From contig JAPMXV010000016.1 of the NCBI GenBank assembly GCA_026936335.1, positions 1 to 64,000 on the forward strand: a DNA stretch of 64,000 nucleotides. The letters are read 5' to 3'. The notes beneath the pieces are model-generated. The model had not been told where the DNA came from. It made no database searches and worked only from the letters and a program-made list of their open reading frames with translations. Below are positions 55,697 to 64,000 of the stretch, piece after piece; positions within the stretch are counted from its first letter, which is position 1; every line of letters starts with the position of its first letter. A program made the position numbers and the translations under genes. The DNA is from Mantamonas sphyraenae STR306 (taxonomy: Eukaryota; Protista; CRuMs).

Positions 55697-57284
55697 TCAC
55701 TTGCCACGTACTGTCTCGTTGACTCCACTCTGTTGTTGCCCTGCGTCGTCGACATCTTCATCGTCGGCAAGCACGTGTGTGTTCTCCCAATCGTTCAAGA
55801 TGGCCTGTGCCATGTCGTTGCCCTTTTCCGCTGCCAGTTGGTACAGCTGCCGTGCCTGGCGGTGGTCTTTGGGCACCCCACGTCCCTCTTTGAGCATGTT
55901 GGCCAGGTTGACTTGGGCCCAGGTGAAACCTTGGTCTGCCGCCTTGCGCCACCACAACTGCGCCGCCTCAAAGTCCTGCTCGACACCCTTGCCCAGAAAG
56001 TACTGATTACCCACGTTGAACTGTGCACGTGGCATCCCCTGCTCTGCCGCCTTCAGGTGCCAGTGAAACCCCTGTTCGAAATCCTGGCGCACGCCCTGGC
56101 CCTTGCACAACCTCGTGGCCAGACTGAACTGTGCATACGGGTCGCCACGTTCGGCGCCTTGCTTGTACCATGCCACTGCCTTGTGGTCACTCTTGGCCAC
56201 GCCGTCGCCATTTGCGTACATGTTGGCCACGTTGAAGAACGCCGGTGTCACACCGTTGCGTGCTGCAAGCGAGTACAGCGTAAACGCCTCTTCCACATCC
56301 ATCTCCACTCCTTTTCCTGTGTAAAACGCGTGTCCCAGTGCAAACTGTGCGTACGGGTGACCTCGTCGTGCCAGCCTCGCAAAAATTCGCACTGCCCGGT
56401 GCTGGTCTGCCTCCACGTGCAAACCTTGGTGCAGCAACACCCCGTACGTGTACGCCCCCTCTGTGTTTCCGTCTTCCATGGCCTTGCGGAACAGCTCCAC
56501 CGCTCGCTTCTCGTCCTTCTCCACCCCGTCGCCAAGCAGCAGTGCGCGAGCCAGCTGGTTCACCTCCTTATGGCTCACTGTGTGTCATGGAGTGGTTTGC
56601 CCACCGATGTCAGTCTCCACGCGCTAAAGTGGCCTCTTCTTCAAGCAATCACACACAGGCCGCTCTCGTTCCATGCATGCACGTACACGACTCCAACGAG
56701 GCCCCGGGTGGTCGAGCGAGTCCCTCGGCTCCATGCTTGTTATATCGCTCTCTGATCGCTTCGTGCAGCACTGAATTGTTGCCCTGCGTCGGCCGCATCA
56801 TGCGACTCATCATCTCGCTGGACAGCACGGGCGCACTGCCCTCGGCGTTCAGCTGCTTCTGCAGATGTTCCGCACTTGCGTTGCCCAGCTGGTTCTGCTC
56901 GTGTATCTCCATTCCTGACGTGTGCATGTGCGTGGACACAGATCCACTTCTGTGTTGGCCTGACGCGTCATCCATGTCGTCGTCAAAGCCTGTGTAGTAT
57001 TGTCCCACGCGCTCCGAGTCCTGGTTGCCGTCGCCCCCACGTCCCGCCCCGCCACTGCTCATGTACCGATGGACCACACCCCACGATGTGCTCTCTGTCC
57101 TTGGCACCACTATGGCACTCGATTGTGCACTCCTCATTGCCTGGGGACGAGCCTGGCTTGTGATCAGCCTGCGTGTCGGATTTCGGACAACGGACCGCAG
57201 GCCACCCTTCACAGCCGTCTCGCACGCGCTCACAAGCACGCCACGCAACAAGTGCGCGGAAGCAAGTCGACGTCTCAAGAACAT
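55697..57284 (-). CDS. Sel1-repeat protein with predicted mitochondrial presequence (~492 aa); complement(join(55697..56577,56687..57284))
   Basis: About seven A...LG..Y..G.GV..D...A..W...AA..G repeats. Arg/Leu/Ser-rich N-terminus MFLRRRLASAHLLRG. Confidence 0.85.
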
Positions 57285-57324
57285 AATGATCGGTGAATCG
57301 GTGTGTATGTGCACTTCTTCGCTC

Positions 57325-60300
57325 TCACAGGCTGGTCTGGAGGGCGCGTGCAAACTGCGCTCGCTCGATCAGCGTTTGCAACACCGTCAGCTGCCTCGCC
57401 TCCTCTGCCAGCTCACCACACATGCTGCGACAGTGATCAAACACACCCGCACACAGAGTTCGCACCTTGAGCACCATCTCGTTAGGCATGCCAAGCCCAA
57501 GCCCTCCCTGCGGCCTGTCGCTTGTGTCCAAACCATCCGCAGAGCGCGACTCCAGCGCCGTTTCCAGTGCGCGTGCAATGCGTGCCAGCACAAGCACGTC
57601 CTCCTGCACCGTGCATGCGTTCACCTGAGCCTCCAGCGCATCCACCTGCCTGCTCACCTCCTCCCACGCCCCACTCACCGCTGTTTGGAACTGCGCCACC
57701 TTTGGATCCACCGTCGGGGCCGGTGCACTTGAGGAGGAGCCACCGCCACCGCCACTCTCCAGTCCCAGCGACGGGATGGTTGCTCCTGCGTTGCCCAGAC
57801 CCAGGCCAAGGCGAGGGGATCCCAATTGGCCTCCTCCACCGCCCGACCCCAGTCCCAGAGACGGCGACGAGGCACCTGCTGCCATGGAGGTTGTGGCTGC
57901 AGGCATGGGACCAGACTGCACATACGTCTGCAATCGCTTCTGCAACACATTCAGCTTCCGTGCTTCGCCCATCAGTTCGCTCAAATCCACAATGCTCTCA
58001 AGGGCCGACTGCACCGTTTCCAGCCGCTCCCGCGTGTCCAACATCAGCTTCTCACACGCCATCTTCAACGCTCCCACTTGGCCGTTGTCCGGGCTCGAGT
58101 ACCCGTTCATGTTGCGCGTGTACTCGTTGACAACCGGCAGAGCCTCGCTCGACGGACACTCCATCAGCTCCTTCAACTCCTTGCTCAACTTTGTGATCTC
58201 CACCGCCTCGTCCAGGTACTGTGTGTTCTCCAGCAGCCGGTGAACCGTGTCCAACGCAACCAAACTCTCCTGCGCCGCACTCACGCACGCAGCACGCACT
58301 CGCGCCAGTTTTTCGCTCTCCTGGTTTTGCGCCGCACTCTCTGCCGCATCCTTGGTACTGTGGTAGTGTTCCGCCACGCTTTGCAGCTTCTTCAGCTGCA
58401 ACACCGCAGGCACTGCTTCTTCCTTCACGTACGCCGCCTCCAGCACACTGCGGAAGCGGAACAGTGCCTCCATCTGTGTGGCCATCAACGGCGTGATGGC
58501 CTGTTTCAGCGTCGCCAGCTGCTCTTCTGTCCCCTGACCCGCTCCCTGCCCAAACTTGGGATCTCCCAGCCCCAGCTCACCAAACGCCGTGTCGCTCTCG
58601 CTCTCCAGCGCCTTTTGCATCCCTCGGATGGCCCACACCAGCGGCAGAGCCACGTCCACTCGTGTGCAACGCCGCACCTCCAGGTGAAAGTACTCTACAC
58701 TACGCTCCACCTCGTCCGACATCTGCAGACCCAATGACACCAGCTGCTCCACCTTGGGATCACGCTCCACCGGCGGCGGCGTGATGTCTGCACGGCCCCC
58801 ACCAAGCGCTTCCAGCGACACGCGCACCATCTTGTATGACAGCGTCAGGTCGTCCAGCGACTCTGCGGTTGCACACAGTGTTTCGCAGCTGTCCATGTAG
58901 CCAGCCAGGTGCGCATGCACCTTTTCTGCTGCTGCTCGCAGTGCCTTCATCTGGCTCATCGCCTGCTCGCCCGGAATGCTCACCTGCTCGGTCACCACGG
59001 GAGGCAGGCCCAGCTTGCCAAAATCCGACGGCGCCGCGGCAATGCTCATGGATGGGTCGTGTGCCACTGCGTCCATCCACCTCTCAGTGGTGTTCAACAG
59101 CCTGCAGATGTACATGGTCTGTTCCATCGACAGCGTCGTCAGCAGCGATTTGAGCAACTTCTGGTAGCCTTCACGCACTTGAGCACACTGCAACGCCAGC
59201 TTCTTCTTCACTCCCGTGTTGATGTGTCGCCGCTTGCGTGTGCGCTTCTCCTCCACCTCCTGCTCATGCTTGGCACGCAGCTCATCCTGGTTCTCCCGGA
59301 TCGTCTTGTCCACTCGTTTCCAGCGCGATTGCAGTGCGCGCAGCTGCGTCAGCTTCTCCTGCAGCTGAGTTTGGTACTCTTGCAGCAGCTGCTGGTTAAT
59401 CATCACCGACATGCGCGCGGGAGGAACCGGTGTCGGCTCGTCCTCTTCCGTCACTGCCTCCTCCTCCTCCACTTCTTCTTCCTCCGCCACGGTCGTTCCC
59501 ACAATTGCCTCTTGCTGCACCGTGGCAGCTGGTGCGTCTTGCGAAGGTCGTCTGGTTTCGCTCGCCAACAGCATGGCCAGCGGATCGTCGTCCTCCACCA
59601 CACTTTTGCGTTGCATGGGGCTGCCCGATCCAGACTCCTCTCCTCCGGCTCGCCCTGCTTCGTCCAGCATGCGAAAGTACATGTCTGCGTCTCCCATGAT
59701 GCTCAGCCGGTTGGACATGTCACTTTCGTCTTCCGCAGTCTCATTGCTCCCGTCGTCTTGTGCTTCAGCAGGCGCGTTTGCCTCTGCCTCTGCGCTTCCA
59801 CCGCCTCCACCTCGTGTGTTGTCAAACAGCATCTCCACATTATCGATGAGCACGCGGCACAGCTCCTTGCGCAGCTCCGTGACTGCGTAATCGCCCGAGT
59901 TGGTAGCGCCAAGGTCCAACAAGGCTGTGCCCCACACATTCGCCACATGTTCCACTTGCATGCGGTTGCTGCGTGTGCACTCAATCACAGCTGCAAAGAA
60001 TCGCACCACTGCGCCCATCACTGCCACGTAGCCGGGTTTTACCTCCGTTTGCAGGTGCTTGCTCAGCAGGAACGCCTTGTCCTCGTCCGAATCCGTCTCG
60101 TGCATCCTCAGCACAGCATACTCGTCCTCCTTGCCCAAAAGAGGCACAGGCGCAGCCTTGAAGTATGCCTTGACCACGTTCGCCAGCACGTGCGGGTCAG
60201 CGCCGTCCAGAGACGGTTCTTCTCCACCGTCAAACGCCGTCCGGATCTTCTTCACTGCGTCCTTGTCCGCACTCAGACGGAACAGTCCACGTGTCGTTAG

Positions 60301-60964
60301 GCCTGTGTGAAAGGGTGTGTGCGTGTCAGCGTCGCTGTTCCCTCCTCGTCGCGTGTTTGCCGAAAACACCAGAGGGGAAATTTTTGCGGTGGCCATCTTC
60401 AGCCCAGCCCGCCCTTCAAGCAAGGGCCACCGTGCGGCGGTGGCGCTGTTTGGCAAGAGAACGTTCATCCTCTGCGCATGTGTCGTCATGCCCACGATGA
60501 CTCACCTCGTGCACGGAGTTCGCTGAAGCAGGCCGTGAGCACAGGCGGTGCCGTGGTCGCCTGTGGATCGTAAGGCACCCCGAAGTACATGCCCTTTGGC
60601 GTGCTCGCTTTCCCTGAAGAGCCGTTGCTGCCACTGCCGCTGCTGCTGCTGCTGCTGCTCGTACTGCTCGTGCTGCTCGTGGTCGACGTTGAAGCGCCTG
60701 CTTTGCGCTCGTACGACGCAGAGGAGATGCTTTCCATTTTCTTGCCTCCCCCAATAGGCACGGTGTTCATGCCCTTACCAGGCGCATCCGAGGTCAGCAC
60801 TGGACCACCGATTTCAGGTTCCTTCTTCTTCTTGCGACGAAACAACTTCCTGTGCAAGCGGGAAGGAGAGGATGGAAACGCAGGTCGCGCGGCAGAGTGA
60901 GCATGGTGTGCACAAGATTGACATCCGTTGCAAAAAGGGGAGAGGACGGCGGAATACTGTACAT
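57325..60964 (-). CDS. RhoGAP with N-terminal basic/CRIB-like segment, coiled coil and C-terminal helical repeats (~1,107 aa); complement(join(57325..60302,60506..60849,60963..60964))
   Basis: YFGVP..PPVL..C..EL..RGLTTRGLFRLS (arginine finger), DPHVLANVVKAYF..P.PLL, NRM...VA.VWG. First exon AT|G inferred (GTACAG donor), less certain. Confidence 0.85.
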
Positions 60965-60983
60965 CGTGTGGCCTGCGTGTGTG

Positions 60984-62879
60984 TCACTTTTCTTGGTCGG
61001 TCTTGCGCAGCGAAGCTCTCCACTGCTCGACGGAGAATACCTCGTGCCATCCAAGGGCCGAGGCAGGACGCAGACGCAGAAAGTGCAGCCAGTTGCCAAC
61101 AAACCCCAGTTGGAAGGGCAGATGAAGACGCACGCCGCGCTCCGTCTGCTCCTGCATGTAGGCGTATCGGTGGCGGTTGCGCCATTCGTTGATCGTCACG
61201 CCGCGCGATACTTTGAGAAACACGTCCCAGACCATAAAGAACGCAGCAATGGATAGAAAGGATAGAGCCAAGACCCAGAGCACAAGGTCCGGATTGCGAG
61301 CTACAAACATGCCAAACTGGGACTGGCCAAAGTAACGCACAGGCGGCAGTGCGACGGCACGGGCGATGAGCACATGCACCAGCAGCACCCAGGCGATAAA
61401 CACATCCACAGCTTCGATGGCCAGAAAGAGGAAGAAGTAGCGATGGTTGTTGGCGCCGATACAGGCGTTGAGATAGGGGCAATGGTGATCGAAGCAAGCC
61501 ACGCACCGATTGCATACCGAGCAATGCTTGGAACGCATGGGACGCACAATGCGGCAGGTGTTGCACTTTCCCATACCCTTCCCCATTCCTGGACGCCATG
61601 CACTGTCTCCTGCGTCCAGGTAGCCCGGATCCGTAGTCACTGTCAGCACATACATGGTCATGGTGAGCACAAACGTCACGGCGAGTCCACACGATAATAT
61701 CATGGGTGCTTCTTCGGTTTTGTGCAGATAGAACGCAAACCCGAGCGAGTGCAAGCCCACAAACATGATCAGGTAAAGAATGGCCGCCAGCCGAGTGTTG
61801 CCAGAGATGCCGCTGGACCACCAACGCCCCACCCTGCGTGCACACGTATCCTTTTGGGCATCTCCCAGCACTTCAGCCAGCTTTGTGTGTCCACACTGCC
61901 GTGCGAGCTCCTCGGGCGTCTTGTCAAACCGATCTGGACGGCACAGATCCGCAACATTCTCTCCTGAACGCCACGCCATGTCCACAAGCTCACGTACGCA
62001 GCGTCTGCTTCCACTCATGGCGGCCAGGTGGAGGCAGGTGCGCCCGTTGGCGTCCTGGGCATCGACGGTTGCGCCGTGCCGCAGCAACAGCTGCAAACAG
62101 GACACTTGCGCCATTTCCAGCTGTCTGGTCTGCACCTGTGTTTTGCTTGTGTCCTCTTCAGACAACTCTGCGGTGACACCCGCCTGGCTGAGAGTAGACG
62201 GGGGCGCGGAAACACCCTTGTGCAGCTGCAGAGCACAGATAATGTGCACGGGAGCCAAACCTTGATTGTTGGCCACGTCCACACTGGCGCCAAGCTCCAG
62301 CAACATCTGCACCAGATCCTCGTGTGCTCTGCGAAGGGCAAGGTGCAACGGTGTGTTGCCGTCCTTGTCCCTCTCGTCCAACATCTGCATGTGCTCCATG
62401 CTCAGGTGGGGCACCAGAGCAAGAGCTTGTTCCTTGCTCCCATGCAGCGCCAGAGTGTGCATCAGCGAGAAGGAGCGCTTGTCGCGATGGAACACGGCGC
62501 GGTGCACCTCCGAGTCGTCCAGCTGCGCCAGTTCCCGGCACGCGCCACGCAGCATGAGAGCATTGCCGTACACCACCATGCACTGCAACACAGACATCTC
62601 TGGCCACGTGCTTGCGTGTTCAACCAACCGCACCGGGTTCTCCTCCAACAGCCTTTGGACCGTGGCCACGTTGGCCTGCATCACAGCCTGCACCAGCTCG
62701 CTTTCCTCGCCTTCCCAGCTTTCTGCAAGCCCACCCCCGTATCCACCCCCATTGCTTCTGCTGTGTTGTTGTATGTGCCGCACCGTCGCCCCATGGCCGA
62801 TCCAGTGCGTCGTTGTCGACGTGTTTGTAACAGGAGCGGTGTCGAAAGACGTTGCCGTGGGCGGATGCTTTGCCATCAT
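60984..62879 (-). CDS. Ankyrin-repeat DHHC palmitoyltransferase (AKR1/ZDHHC17-like), 631 aa
   Basis: Ankyrin repeats ([19 protein letters not shown]), TM helices, DPG motif, C..C...RP.RSKHC..C.RCV..FDHHCP....CIG..NHRYF, T.NE. Confidence 0.92.
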   Translation of the reverse strand: MMAKHPPTATSFDTAPVTNTSTTTHWIGHGATVRHIQQHSRSNGGGYGGGLAESWEGEESELVQAVMQANVATVQRLLEENPVRLVEHASTWPEMSVLQCMVVYGNALMLRGACRELAQLDDSEVHRAVFHRDKRSFSLMHTLALHGSKEQALALVPHLSMEHMQMLDERDKDGNTPLHLALRRAHEDLVQMLLELGASVDVANNQGLAPVHIICALQLHKGVSAPPSTLSQAGVTAELSEEDTSKTQVQTRQLEMAQVSCLQLLLRHGATVDAQDANGRTCLHLAAMSGSRRCVRELVDMAWRSGENVADLCRPDRFDKTPEELARQCGHTKLAEVLGDAQKDTCARRVGRWWSSGISGNTRLAAILYLIMFVGLHSLGFAFYLHKTEEAPMILSCGLAVTFVLTMTMYVLTVTTDPGYLDAGDSAWRPGMGKGMGKCNTCRIVRPMRSKHCSVCNRCVACFDHHCPYLNACIGANNHRYFFLFLAIEAVDVFIAWVLLVHVLIARAVALPPVRYFGQSQFGMFVARNPDLVLWVLALSFLSIAAFFMVWDVFLKVSRGVTINEWRNRHRYAYMQEQTERGVRLHLPFQLGFVGNWLHFLRLRPASALGWHEVFSVEQWRASLRKTDQEK

Positions 62880-63060
62880 GTTGGTGATGTGTGGGATACT
62901 TGAATGCCGACTTTCACTCCTTCAATCCAACAGCGCACACTTGCACCCCCACCCTGGCCTTCTTTGGTCCCGACCACGCTCGCTTGCACAGCTCACGTCG
63001 TTCCTCAGTTCCTCACCCAATCCAATCCCAATACCATCCATGCAGCCATTCCTTTTTCAT

Positions 63061-63764
63061 TTACTCCTTATCCTCCTTGTTCTCCTCGCCCTGGATGTCC
63101 GACGTCCACAGCGTCAGGTTGTCGCGCAGCAGCTGCATGATCAGAGTCGAGTCCTTGTACGACTCCTCAGACAGCGTGTCAAGCTCCGCAATCGCGTCAT
63201 CAAACGCCTGCTTGGCCAGCTGGCAAGCACGGTCGGGGCTGTTCAGGATCTCGTAGTAGAACACAGAAAAGTTCAGCGCCAGACCCAGGCGGATCGGGTG
63301 CGTCGGCGGCAGCTCAGTCATAGCGATGTCGCTTGCGGCCTTGTATGCCACCAGCGAGTTCTCGGCTGCCTCCTTGCGTGCACCACCCGTGGCAAACTCG
63401 GCCAGGTAGCGGTGGTAGTCGCCCTTCCTGCTCCCAACGTCCACACAAACACACACACACACGCATACACACACACACAGGTGTGGCAACAAGGTGTACA
63501 CAGATTCCTCACCGGTGTCAGCGACCGTTGCCAGCCCCCAATTCCATCACCCCAGTTTCCAAACACAACCCTCACCCGCCGCACAACTCACATCTTGAAG
63601 TAGAACACCTTGCTCTCCCCAGACGTGGCGCTCTTGATCAGATGGTCGTCCAGCACGCTCAGGATGTCTGTGCAGATGTTGGTCAGCTCAGCCTCGATCT
63701 TCTGGCGGTAGGCCTTGATGCGGGCCACGTGGTTCTCGTTGCCCTTGTTCTCCTCCTTCTGCTC
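63061..63764 (-). CDS. 14-3-3 protein, 5'-partial; complement(join(63061..63427,63592..63764)); upstream exon(s) lie beyond the window
   Basis: [90 protein letters not shown]. Confidence 0.97.
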
Positions 63765-64000
63765 CTGCGCTCGGAAGAACGATTTTTTCAGCCCGCCCAA
63801 AACACAACGCGCCGTGCGTGCCCACGCCATTGTGTGCGTGCGTGTGTATTTGTACGCGTGTACACACATGTCCATGTGTCCGTGTACACCGTGTGTGCAT
63901 GGTCCCGTGGTGTGTTGTGTCCCGTGTGTGTGTGCATGGTCCCGTTTTGTGTCAGCTGCTCGCTCCCACATTTCCCCTCTCGCCCCACCCCGCTTCCGTC

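Overview
This is the left end of a linear chromosome from a GC-rich, gene-dense, intron-containing eukaryote. Nephrocystin-4 implies a flagellum, and NF1, a Dictyostelium-type G-gamma and TTAGGG telomeres fit an Amorphea/Podiata-like protist (inference only). The window opens with a (CCCTAA)n telomere (1-196). A subtelomeric accessory zone follows (to about 19.6 kb). It holds two tandem paralogous nuclear proteins built from A-B-A-B winged-helix-like modules with hypervariable patches. It also holds a head-to-head pair of secreted proteins: a small acidic one and a ~3,560-aa beta-repeat giant containing an acidic tract / Arg14 / cationic amphipathic helix cassette. The rest is tightly packed housekeeping and signalling genes: ankyrin, tandem SBF2-domain, LRR plus pseudo-HPt, PP4C, PSMB1, NPHP4, aspartic protease, TRAF7-like, alpha-SNAP, G-gamma, NF1, kinase-only PPIP5K, Nup62-like, Sel1, RhoGAP, ankyrin-DHHC and a partial 14-3-3. 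The best-supported novel system is one 1,251-aa polypeptide fusing an ACC-synthase-like PLP enzyme, an Egt1/EgtB-type sulfoxide synthase and an EgtD histidine trimethyltransferase, i.e. a candidate one-gene ergothioneine pathway. Exon structures were derived by hand from GT..AG sites, branch motifs and reading frame. Family assignments are from recalled motifs, not database searches.
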